NCBI RefSeq assembly: GCF_009914755.1
Contig: NC_060932.1
Reading direction: 5' to 3' (one strand)
From: the human T2T-CHM13v2.0 reference genome, Homo sapiens
DNA length: 64,000 nucleotides
The notes beneath the pieces were generated by a model. That model made no database searches. It saw only the letters and a program-made list of their open reading frames with translations, and had not been told where the DNA came from. The position numbers and the translations under genes are program-made. Each line of letters starts with the position of its first letter. Within the stretch, counting starts at the first letter, position 1. Shown in pieces: positions 35,079 through 48,692 of this stretch.

Positions 35079-35093
35079 GTAGTAGTAGTAGTA
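34936..35093. repeat. Compound trinucleotide repeat: (GAA/GAG)n including (GAA)16, then (GTA)6
   Basis: Purine-only from 34936 to 35076; pure (GAA)16 at 35028-35075; (GTA)6 at 35076-35093. Confidence 0.97.
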
Positions 35094-35379
35094 GTCAGGT
35101 ATTTGTATACTCAGTGATAATAGCCAAGGCATAGCCCATAGTCATACAAAGTGATCATCTTCATCAGATAAACATAATCATTGTTTTGTTTTGTTTTTCA
35201 CTTTTCCAGCAAATATTCATTGAGGACATAAAAACAGCAAAACATCATCTTGTGTCTTATTGGAAATAAATAATGTGCAACACACTACCCAAAAGTAGTT
35301 TAATATTCATGCACAGAGATAATTCAAGAATGCTAATTACAATTATTACCTAAGCATTAGAACTGCAGAACATGGTAAT

Positions 35380-35910
35380 ACCTTGTAAATCAGAGCATGT
35401 CATTCCTCTGCTCAAATCTCCCTAATGATTTCCATTTCAATTAGAGGAAAAATAAAGTCCTTACAATGGCTTATAAGCCCCACTTACTTTTCCTCTCTCA
35501 TTTAATTTCCTACTACCTCACTTTTTTGTTCTTCATACTTCTGTTTCGTGGTATTGGCTCTAGCTGTTCCCTAAAGCAGTATCTTCACTTACCAGTAAGG
35601 TTTATTCCTGCACCACCTTCCACTACTTGCTCAAATGTCACAGTCTCCATAAGGTCTGCCCTGACCACCATAACATCCTTCTTTTTATCCCTAGCACTCC
35701 TGATCCCTCAACTCTCCATCTATTTTTTTCTATGACACATCATTTTCTAAAATGTTATATAGATTACTCCTTTATTATATTTTCACCTTTTATCTGTCTT
35801 CACCTGATAGAATGTAAAATCCAAGGGGGCAAAAGTATATTGCCTCTTTGGTTGACTAATGGGAACAATGCCTGACACACAGAGTTCAGTAAATATTTGT
35901 TGAATGAATG
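35380..35910 (+). mobile_element. L2 (L2a-like) 3' part
   Basis: 'catgtcattcctctgctcaaa...aaagtccttacaatggc...aatgcctgacacac...taaatatttgttgaatgaatgaa'. Confidence 0.8.
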
Positions 35911-36599
35911 AAGATATAGGCATTGAGACAGGTAAAAAGGAAATGATACCAGAATTCAGAGAAGGAAGAGACCACTTCTGGGCTGGGTTGATTTGATCAA
36001 TGAAGTTAAAATTTAGGGTAGAAAAGGAGCAAGGATGGAGAAGATGCTCAGAAAACATGCAGCTGCCCAGATTTCCCCTGGCCTCCTACTGGGGATCTCA
36101 CTGCTGTTCTCCAGCCCATGAGAGGAAGTGGGCAGAGGTGAGGGCCTAGCCCACATGGATATGGGGCACACGCTGCTGGGCAGAGAAATGGCTGCACATA
36201 TACTGCTCCTCTGAAGCAAGACTCCTTGCTGGTCTCCTTCTCTTTTTCTCCTTAAAATATTGTTAGAATGCAGAGATCATTGATTTCCTTTGAAACAATT
36301 CCCATACAGAATACGACATCTCAAACAGTTCCTCAGCCCTTGGCAATATTTGTGTGCAGGTGTTTCATGAGAAGCAGCACATAAGGTCCTGAGAACCAAT
36401 GAGTACTGGGGAGTGGCACAAGGAGCTTGTGGCACCTAGCACTGTGGCATCCCCTACACTCCAGGAATTACACTCCCTCCTAAATGTCTCCCCCATCTCC
36501 TTGCTAACCTGACTTCCAGCCCCCAGTCTTAAGTAAAATAGGAATTATGTTTTCTCTCTTACTACATCTGTGAGGTGTAAGATAAAAACAAATGACAAA

Positions 36600-36935
36600 G
36601 GATGGGCACAGTGGGTCACACGTGTAATCCCAGGACTTTGGGAGGCCGAGGCGGGCGTATTACGAGGTCAGGAGTTCGAGAACAGCCTGACCTACATGGT
36701 GAAACCCTGTCTCTACTAAAAATACAAAAATTAGCCGGGCATGGTGGTGCATGCCTGTAATCCCAGCTACTCAGGAGGCTGAGGCAGGAGAATCACTTGA
36801 ACCCGGGAGGTGGTGGTTGCAGTGAGCTGAGATCACGCACCATTGCACTCCAGCCTGAGCGACAGAGTGAGACTCTGTCTCAAAAAAAAACCAAAAAAAC
36901 AAAAAACAAAACAAAACAAAAATACACACACACTC
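36600..36935 (+). mobile_element. AluS (Sg-like) with (CAAAA)n/(CA)n tail
   Basis: Full dimer with 'tacgaggtcaggagttcgag'. Repeat acaaatgaca on both flanks. Confidence 0.92.
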
Positions 36936-37552
36936 ACAAATGACAGTTCCAAAGACAAATTAATCTGCAGTGAACAAGGTGGAAGAAAGGAAGAATGAAG
37001 ACTACTTGATAACAAAATACAAAAACAAACACAGGCTAAAACAAAAAACATGAACACTGATGGGATAAAAAAGTTCACAAATAAAAATAATCCATACACA
37101 CACACATATGCACACACACACAATTCAGAGTTGAGTCTTATAGCCAGAAAAAAGAAGAGAAGTAGAGCATGTCAAGTGGAGGAAATGAATCGTGAAAGGA
37201 GTAGAGAGAGGAAAGGCATGTTACATTTTAAAACAAATGCTTAATTTGATTAAGTGGGGGAATATTACAAAATTCATGTGTGAAAAATGAAACATTAAGA
37301 AATCAGTGTTGGAATAAGAGGCTAAAGAATGTTGCCTTTATTTAGTAGATAGGAAGGTAATGATATGAAATGACCAAATATCTGGAAATATTAATAAGAC
37401 CAAGGTGTAGAAAGGGTTGAGTGGAAGGAACATTAGGTTTATCTGATATAATTGATAGTGATAATAGTATTATGAAAGATCAGGCATTCTAAAGTTAAAA
37501 TGCCATTATCTCAGGTTCAACAAAGAAAAGATAACTATAATGATAAAAATCA

Positions 37553-37879
<327 letters not shown>

Positions 37880-37955
37880 AAATCAGCCTATCCGCCAGCA
37901 TTTACCTTTTAGGTAAATAAAAAGCAGGGCATGTCTGTGTAGTAACTCTGCCAGC

Positions 37956-38024
37956 AGAAAAAATATATATATATATATTTATATTTTATATATAAAAATA
38001 TATATATATATATATTTTTTTTCT
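37956..38024. repeat. AT-rich quasi-palindrome / (TA)n
   Basis: agaaaaaa(ta)n...ttttatatataaaa...(ta)n ttttttttct. Confidence 0.85.
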
Positions 38025-38769
38025 CATGAGTAGAAAAATCAGATGGCGAAAACACTCACTTGCTGGGAGGAATCTCAGCCAAATTTCCATTTACTAAGAA
38101 AGAACACCTGCCATGTTTCCTGAAACCTTCACTATTTAAAATACTCCTTTAGGAATATAGTAAGAGTCTACTTTCTTGGATGAAAAAAATAAACACTATC
38201 CTTTTTTATAGAAAACCTTAAAGTGTTCTGCATCTGTTGCTGGTATTCATAGTGTGATTATAGACTGTGATTTCCCCACTGTGATTCTTCCCTTATGTTA
38301 CTCAGTGGGCAGAACTTTTATCTTAGAGACTGTCACAAATGAAATACCCAAAAATGTGCAGTGACATAGGTGTCTCCTTGATAGGAAAAAGTTAATATGC
38401 CCACCCTGTTTACACACACACACCACTCACACGCAATATCATTTTTTCCCAGTACCCAGTTGTTTAAGTATTTTGCTTATCTCAAGTACCTAAAATTAGG
38501 TATTTAAAAAAAAATCCACTTAGTCCTTATTTACATGCATTAAAAACACAGTTTTCTCTTCCAGAGGCTGTATATCTCAACCAGCATTTTGAGGCACCTT
38601 AAAATACATAAGGAGTTCTTCAGAATTTCTGTATCTAGTTATTAAAATCTGCCTTAACAAATGAACAGATTCTTGAATTGTCACAAAAAGAGATGTTTCT
38701 CTACCAAGAGAAGCCTACCTTTTTTGAAACTTGACAGAAATTATGATGCCCTTTTCATAAGCAAAATAG

Positions 38770-38990
38770 ATTATTGGGCGGGCGGGAATCGATGTGGTGC
38801 TTGGGTAGAGGGCACTGTATTCGCTGGAGTTTCTGGGAGTAATAGTCTCCAGTGTGCAACTGAGTGAATGGTCAGCCTTTCTGATTGCCCTGCTGGATAT
38901 TGTTCTAAACCACAGCTGCTCTATGTAGCACTTGATCCACCAAACAGATTTTAACTGTTATTCAACCTGTTCTTAGCAATGCAGCCAAAA
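38770..38990. promoter_or_regulatory. Putative intronic promoter/enhancer-like motif cluster
   Basis: ATTGG, GGGCGGGCGGGA, CTCF-like and ZNF143-like motifs and several CpGs in non-repeat, AT-rich context. Motif evidence only. Confidence 0.35.
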
Positions 38991-40799
38991 ATGCTGCCGT
39001 GGCTTGTTTTATACGTTTGTCCTTAAAGACCAGGGCAGAATTTATTAGTATTTTTAATTCTGTAAGGCAATACTTAGTCTTTAAATTTTCTTGTTCGATC
39101 TCCCACCATTCTCCCGAATTTAAACTCAATACTTAGCAAATATTATGTTAATGTCCTTACTGATTAGACAGTAGATTTGCAAACAAGAAACATATTATAA
39201 AATTTTAAAAAATGATTAAAAGAATGTTAGTTATCCTTTGGCACAGATCTCCCCACTATCAACAAAATGTATCTTTTTCTCATCTCTCTTTATCAGTCCC
39301 TCTCCCCTATTACCTCTCTTTTTCCATATCCTGTAACTCTCTTTTTCACATCTATTTATCTGTATCCTTTCAGTTTTCTATTTACAATTATAATTTTAAT
39401 TTAGGGCCACTGACTTTGTTTAAAAATAGCACCTGCCACTGTAGTATTTTTATGTCACCAGTGTAGTCAAGTGTACCATTTAGTAAGGTATTTATTAAAT
39501 TTCTTCAAAAAAGAAAGGTCTTTGTCTACATGGAGAGTTAACTTCTGCTAAATTATGATTTGATAAAATTATTATTTTTCTATATCTTTAAAGGCTTTTT
39601 GTAGTGCTGGTATTTTTAATTATATTTACTTTAATTCAGGAAGTTTTCAAATAATAATGTTCCATTTAAAAGGAAGCATTCAGCAAATGCTTTGATGTCT
39701 TAGTTAAGGCCTATCAACACAATGCTTTAAAAAGTTGCTGATTATAATATCGTCTTCTAATAGGTTGCCACCTTGTGGTTTTTGAAAAATACAGTTAACA
39801 CATTTCACAGATTGCATAAATATCCTGCTCTATGTTTTGTTTGTTTATTTTTCTCTTAGGTGAAGAATCTAGATAGCTAACGACTCTTAAGAAGTGTCTA
39901 GGGATCATTTTGAACCCAAAGCATCGCTTTGCGAACATTTAGATTATGTGAATTCAAACTAACAGATTAAACGCCATTCACTTTGAATAGCCTCTGGACC
40001 ATTAGGAGAGTTGGTAGTGTTATTATTTAAAGCAACTGCACATAAAACACACCAATGTATCATTTGTTCTTATGCTCATTCATTACCAATAGTAAATTCT
40101 TTCTTACATTTTTTAGTTTGATTCAGATAATTAATTTAGAGGACAGTGGCTTTCTTTGATTGCTTGTTTTATAGAAATAACAAGTTGTAACTTAATTGGG
40201 TAAACAGTCACAAATACACTACAGGGAAAAACATATTCCATGTAATAAAGTTTTCACTCAATTAGAAAAGAGATTTGTCTCATTCATCTCCCAATTCCCC
40301 TACAGTTCTAAGCAGAGTGTCCTTCACATAGGCACTCAACATTACTTTCTACATTAAAGATCATGATTTTAAATGCTTAAATTACAACTAGTATGTCTTT
40401 CCCGTCAAAGATGTTGGTTTCCAAGACCTAAAATTGTGAGATTTAATGTGACTAGTTATTGATTTCCCTCAGGAAGAGCAGTCAAACTTGCAATTCTCTG
40501 TTCTAAAAGGCAAGATACTATGTATTATTAGCACCTATTATGTGTTAATTAGGATATAGCTCAATTTTTCTCATTTATTAAAAATAAGAATTTCTAACTA
40601 AAAGAACAGTTTAAAAAATATTATATATAACTAAATCATCTTGTTAAATATTAATGATCATATCTTATACAAATAAAGGATTTTTGCATTCAGCAATATA
40701 TTTTAGAAATGTAAAAGTTGTACACAAGAATCTTTTTAAAGTTTCATCAATTTACTTGTGGTTTATTATAATTTAATGGTCTGTATTATGAATGACTAT

Positions 40800-41340
40800 C
40801 AAAACATATGCTGCTTTTGATCTGTGGCACCTATAACAAAGTCAAATTTCTCATTACGACATCCTATACCTTTCAGGAGTAGTCATGCTTATATAAGCAG
40901 CCTTAGTTACTGCCATGCCCTCAAATCTTATATACCAACCCGACTGAAATAGTTTGAATTTTCCCTAATGTGGCATATTTCATAGCTCTGTCTGAACATG
41001 AAGTTTCCTCTGCTGAATCTATCCACCCCGTCTTGCTTAACTGTAAAACTCCTACTTATATTTTAAGACTCACCCCAAGTGTCACCTCCTGTTTGAAGTA
41101 TTCCCTGAATTTCCTAAATGTAGCTGATTATTTATTGCTTTTGGGTGATCTACCACAAATATATCTATTACTGTATTCAAAGCACTGTAATATTGCTTTA
41201 TCTTTCTGAATCTTCTACTAGACTCTTCAAAGAAAAATACTGTGACATGTCTATCTTCACATTTTCTATGTCGAGCATAGTGCCTGACATATGGTAGGTG
41301 TTCAAAATATTTGCTGGTTGAACAAAGAATGAATGAATAA
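40800..41340 (+). mobile_element. L2 fragment
   Basis: Ends 'agcatagtgcctgacatatggtaggtgttcaaaatatttgctggttgaacaaagaatgaatgaat'. Confidence 0.7.
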
Positions 41341-43103
41341 ATTTTGTCTTATGGATTTGACATGTATTTGCATTACAGTAATACATTTATTGTATCTGAA
41401 GTTAGCAATAACTGAAAAGTAAACTTCATTATAGAACCAAAACAAGTAAAAAATTAATTACTTGCACATGCTTATCAATTGCAGCTGTTGTTCGCTCCCA
41501 CTGAGAGTTTCACGTCATTCAAAACTTCCAGTTTAGGTAATGGTGTTTCAGTGAGGAACTAAGTGGCCTGAATGAGGTGATGTTGAGGAGCTAATACTCA
41601 GTGGGAAGCAGAAGCCAGCACAATTACAAAACATATGCACACCTAGATTCTAAACCCCATTATGGACACCAGCATCAGTGTAGGTATACTAATGTTAATG
41701 ATATATATACCAACATTATATGTCCATTATCTTCTACCTCTAGGTGCTATGTCCATTTATTCATTTACTCATTCAACAAGTATATTTTAATTGTTTGGTA
41801 AGTTTCAGGATCTATACTCAGTGTTAAAGACACAAAAACACTCTAAAGGATATGGTAAACTGCTATGAAAGATTTTTGTCTTCTGGAGTTTGCATTTTAA
41901 GTAGAGTGTAAGAAAAACCACAGTTACCCAAACACTCACCTAATTACATTTGTGATAATTTTATGTGTGAAATGACACAATGTTTCATATAGTTGTTTAA
42001 CAGGAGAACTAATCTATTTTTATGATGAAAAGTTTTGCAGGAATTTGGGAGATGAATGTACATTTTCTATGTCAAGAGTAGCCACTTTAATTCCAGTTTT
42101 AAAATTTCTACAGCATCTAGTTGCTTTTTCGCAATTTAAAAACACTTATAATAAAAAAGTAGGCATTACAATTGATGTCACAGAAATTAAAAGAATAAGA
42201 GACTACTATGAACAATTACACACCGAAAAATTGAATAACCCAGAAAAATGAAAAAATTCCTAGAAATATAAAAGTTACCAAGACTAAATTTTAAGGAAAC
42301 ATAAAATCTACATGGACCCATAACTAGTGAAAAGATTGAATCAGTTAACAAAATCCTCCCAACAAAGAAAGGCACAGCACCAGATGGCTACACTGGTGAA
42401 TTCTACCTTACACTTAAAGAATTAACATCAATCCTTCTCAAACTCTTCAAAAAAAATTGAAGAGGGGAAAATATGTCCAAACTTGTTTATTGCAGTCAGC
42501 CCTGCCCTAATACCAAAGCCAAAGACACCACAAGAAAAGAAAAGTATAATCCAATATCCCTTTTGAATATGGATGCAAAAATCCTCAACAACATGATAGT
42601 AAGCCAAATCTAGCAGCATGTTTAAAAACATCATATACCACAACTAAGAGGAATTTATTCCTGGGATGCAACAATGGCCAAATGTATAGAAATCAATAAA
42701 TGTGATATATTACATTAACAGAGTGAAGAATACAAGGCACATAATTGTATCAATGAATGCAAAAAAAGTATTTGAATGTATGTGACACCATTTCATTATT
42801 AAAAACTCTCAAAAAACTAGGTATATAAGAAATTTACCTCAACATAATAAAGACCATATATGAAAAGCCCATAACTAACATCATACTCAATGGTAAAAAA
42901 CAAAAAGCTTTTTCTTTATAATCAGGAACAAGGTAAAGATATCCACTCTCTCCACTTCTAATCAAAATACTACTGGAAGTCCTAGCCAGAGGAATTAGAC
43001 AAGAAATAGAAATAAAAGGCATCCAAGTGAAAAAGGAAGAATTAAAATTGTCCCTGTCTGCAGATGATAAGATCCTAAATGCAGAACAACATGATGACTC
43101 CAC

Positions 43104-43945
43104 GGACCACACTGAGGTGTCATCTTGCCCCAGTTAAAGTGGATATTATCAAACACACAAAAAAAAATGTGGAGAAAAGGGAACTCTTATACGTTGTTGG
43201 CGAGAATGAAAATTAGTCAAGGTATTATAAACAATAGTAGGGAGGTTTCATTAAAAAAAAGAAAAAAAAAACGGAAAATAGAACTATATAAGATCCAAAA
43301 ATCTCACTGCCGGATATATCCAAAAGACAAAATCAGTATATCAAAGAGATACCTCCACTCCCATGTTTATTGCAGCAGTATTCACAATAGCGAAGACACG
43401 GAATCAACCTGTGTCCATCAATGGATGAATGGATAAGGAAAATGTGGTATACATGACAATGGAGTACTATTCATCCATAAAATTGAAATCCTGTTACTTG
43501 CAGCAACATGAGTGGAATTAGAGGATGTTACGTTAAGTGAAATGAGCCAGGCATAGAAAAGGGATATTGCATATTCTCACGCATAGGTGGAAGCTAAAAA
43601 AGTTGATCTCATGGAGGTAGAGTAGAATGATGATTACCAGAGGCTGACTTGGAAGGCAGGGATGAAGAGAGGTTGGTTAATGGGTTCAAAAATACAGTTA
43701 GATAGAAATAATAAATTCTGATGTTTGATAAGCAGGGTGACTAGAGTTAATGGTAATTTATTGTATACTTTAAAATAATGAGAAGAAAGATTTGAAATGT
43801 TCCCAACATAAATAAATGATAAATAATTGAGGTTATGAATGATAATACAATTACCCTGATTTAATCACTACACATTGTATACATGTACAAAAACATCACA
43901 TGTATCCCAGAAATATGAATAATTATTATGTATCAGTAATGTTGA
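43104..43945 (+). mobile_element. L1MA-type 3' end nested in the older L1
   Basis: 'ggaatcaacctgtgtccatcaatggatgaatggataagg...taccctgatttaatcactacacattgtatacatgta...aattattatgtatca'. Confidence 0.85.
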
Positions 43946-44169
43946 AGAGATTCCATTAAAAAAAACTGTTAGAACTAATAAATGAATCAGTAAAGTTGCA
44001 AGATACAAAATTAACATGCAAAGAATCAGTTGTAATTTCTATATACTAAAAATAAACTATCCTAAAAGGAAATTAAGGAAATAATACCATCTACAATAGC
44101 ATGAAAAATAATAAAATACTTTAGAATAAACTTAACCAAGGAGGTGAAAGACTTGCACTCTAAAAACTA

Positions 44170-44487
<318 letters not shown>

Positions 44488-45293
44488 CTACTAAATAGTG
44501 ACGAGAAAAGATACAAAAGACACAAATAAATAGAAATACATCCCATTTTATGGATTGGAATATTTAATAATGTTAAAATGTCCATACTACACAAAGCAAC
44601 CTACAGATTCAACTAGATGCTTATCAAAATCTCTGACAAGTTTTTCCAAAAATAAAAAAAGTACTAAGATGCATATGGAACCACAAAAGATCTTGAATAG
44701 CCAAAGAATTCTGGAGCAAGAAGAACAAAACTGTTGGGGTCACAATTCTTGATTATATATTACAAAGATACGGTTACCAAAACAGTGTAGTACCGGATAA
44801 AAACAGATATACAGACCAAAGGACATCCAGATGAACCTGGAGGACATTACACAGTAAAATAAACCAATCACAGGAGGATAAATACTTCATGATTCCACTT
44901 CCATGGGAAATCTAAAATAGTCAGACCCAAAATGGAGTAGAACAGTGGTTGTCAGGGGATAGGGAGAGGGGGAAATGAAGAGCTGTGGTTCAATGGGTAT
45001 AAAGTTTCAGTCATGCAAAATGAGTAAGCTTTAGAGATCTGTTGCATAATATTGGACTTATAGTTAATACAATATTGCACACTTAAACATTTGTTGAGAG
45101 GGTAGATTTCACATTAATTATTCTTACTCAACAACAAAAAAACTTGTAAATTCTTGTGAAACCATTAAAACTTTATTCATGTAATTTTGCAATTGAACTG
45201 AAGTAATAGTTCAAACTTTCAAGAAAATAAGACAATGTTTTCTTTGAGAAAGTTGCTATAATATGTACATATCAACAAAAATATTTTTAATTA

Positions 45294-45494
<201 letters not shown>

Positions 45495-46734
45495 CTATAA
45501 TAAAATTAAGTAAGTTTACTAATCAGCCAATAGAATACCACTAAAAATATGCATTATTCAAGTTGTTTTTCAAAAAAAATTTAATAGAAATATTTTTCTC
45601 ACAATCCTCTTTCAATATACTATTCCTGTTTCCAAGAAGACAGACCACCTGAGATGGCTTTAGATTGCTTCCTAAAAATAGGTAGGAGCAAAAAGAGCTT
45701 GTGAAAGTTAAAGCTATACGTTTGACATGTTCACCAAAAATAAATGTTGAATTTCATGTGGATTTCAGTATTCCGTGCACAAGCTAATAATAAACAATAA
45801 ATACATATATATGTAAAGTTATATTCTGTTAGAAACATGAATGTTTGCAATGATTGCTTTCAAAGAGATTATTACTCTGTATTCTCTCTGTTTTCCAATA
45901 TGTTTTTTTGAAGACTGTGTTATACCAGAGGCTTCTGATTGTCAAAGTGATAACCAGTTTTAACTGCCTGTATGTACCAGATTGGTGAACTAACTAAAAA
46001 GAAACACAAAATATGAATAAAACACAGTTTGCAAACTAAAAAAGAATAAATAATAAGCTTAATTTTGAACTTTGCAAAGTAACAACTTTTTATGAGTCAG
46101 ATAATATAGTCATTGATTTCCTTTTAATAATGAATTAAAGTTAGACAGCTAGATAGATAGATTATTCTATACCAGGTCAAGTGCCTCAATGTTTCTTATA
46201 CCCTGACAGCAAAGCTGGTAGTCAGCTTTCAAAAAAATTCCAATTATGAACTACTGTTACTCTTGTCTTTCAGCAAATGCATTATAATGATATTTTTCTG
46301 GACTTCTGAAGGAGATCAAATTTATTTTATTAAGTTATTGAGCTTGAAAATATAAAGTATCTGCTTGAATCAATTATTTCTTGACTTTGCTATTGAGCAA
46401 AGAGTTTAAGATCTTTGACTCCACCTCTAGCAGTTTCAAATGGCAAGCATGAAAATAAACAAGCGCTAATTCTACATCTTAAGACAAAGTTCAACAAGCA
46501 TATGAGTTGAGGTCATTACAAACATTTCTTTATAAGTAACTACTTTCTTTACATTTGCTTTGCGCAACTTTGTGGACCTCACCCCTGATGTCTTCTATGG
46601 AAGAACAGAAAGAATTTATTACACAGCACACACTTGCTTCTTTTCTGGCCATAGTGTGATAACAGCAACCACTGAAGACAGGGATAAACAGAAACTTAAA
46701 AGGTCATTTCACCTGCCTTAAGTCTCTTACAGGA

Positions 46735-46960
46735 TGTTATTGATTAAGAGCTCTAATTCTGGAGTCACACCAGGTGGGTCCCAATCTCATTCTAACATTA
46801 GTTGTACAACCTCAGGCAACTTAATCTCTCTAAGCCTCAATTACCTACCAGGTCTGCTAGAAAGATCAAATAAGGAAATGCATGGCAAATGTCACACAGA
46901 GCTAGCACTTAGTAATCAACAGCTGTTATTTATCACTCATATTATCATTACATTATTATT
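46735..46960 (+). mobile_element. MIR
   Basis: 'ttaagagctctaattctggagtcacac...ggcaacttaatctctctaagcctca'. Confidence 0.7.
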
Positions 46961-46972
46961 TTAAAAGTATTA

Positions 46973-47300
46973 CAGATGGGTATGGTGGCTCATGTAATAA
47001 TCATGGGATTACAATCCCAGCTAATCAGGAGGCTGTAAGACAGGAGGATCTCTTGAGGCCATGAGTTGGAAACCAGCCTAGGCAACATAGCGAGACCTCA
47101 GCTCTAAAAAATAAAATAAAATAAAAATTAATTGGGGTTGTGGTATGTGACTGCAGTCCCAGCTACTCAGGAAGCTGAAACAGATGGATTACTTGAGCCC
47201 AAGAATTCAAGGCTGCAGTGAGCTATGATTGCACCACTGCACCAAAGTCTGGGCAATAGAGCCAGACCCTGTCTCTAAAATGCAAAAAAAAAAAAAAAAA
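46973..47300 (+). mobile_element. AluJ
   Basis: J diagnostics 'cttgagcccaagaattcaaggctgcagtgagctatgattgcacc' and A tail. Confidence 0.9.
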
Positions 47301-47700
47301 TTAATAATACTACTAATAAAGTATTACCCCTAACCTATTACAAATAAAAGTGTGCTAAAATTGTGTGCGATTTTTCTAAGATTTCTATCTAAATCTATAT
47401 TGTTCATGTTTAAATCAAATCACTCTTGCTCCAGATATTTCTTTCTTTTCCTCATTGGTGATGATAAGTAATTGGTTCCACAAGTCCATTTAAAAATCTC
47501 TTAAAAGCTTAAAGCCATTCAAATTTATTTCAGCATATCTGAATTGAGTAAGTTAATATGTTAGCTATATTTATATTTCTAGAGTTTAAAAAGTATAATA
47601 GTAAAAAATTAACAAAGTAAAACTTTTTATTTTAACTTCTATATGTCAAAAGAAGCTTTTAAATTATTGCATAAACTACCTTTTAAACCTCAATAAATCT

Positions 47701-47997
<297 letters not shown>

Positions 47998-48554
47998 TTA
48001 ATAAATCTAACAGATTTTAAAAACAAGTCAACATCTTACATAAAAATATAAGACTTCTATTTTATTTATTTCTGGTCTTGTTAAACATGTATACACTAAT
48101 TTTATATAATTTTATTCATTTCATAGAAATAATTCTGTATTCTCTTTATTCTCATTTAACAGTACCTTGTAGCATTTACCTGGTTATTTTCATGACTTCA
48201 TAGCACACAATTCAAAGCACAGTCTAATTTTTAATTATTATTGCTCATCCTTTTCTTTTAAGGAAAAGAGCGTACATACTATTCCTGAACCCTAACTCAG
48301 CTGAAAATATTACCAGTAACATAAAACCATCAATAAATAATTACACAAATATAGGAAGAATTGGTAAGAATGTAATAAGGTTTTAAATATCAATATTGAT
48401 ATCATCTTTAAATCTTTTAAACTTCAGTCCTTGTATCTTTGTGTATAGTTTGTAAAAAGCAAATTAAAACTACCAAGTAAGAGTTGTAGATAGCTCTTTA
48501 ATTTTTTTTATATTCCTAATTATATCTGTATTTTAATTAAGCTCAGCTCTCTTA

Positions 48555-48692
<138 letters not shown>

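Noticed and set aside
34926-35132. Poly-Glu/Val ORF and its poly-Phe antisense ORF
   Set aside because: Translation artefacts of the GAA/GAG/GTA microsatellite; no splice sites or credible gene context.
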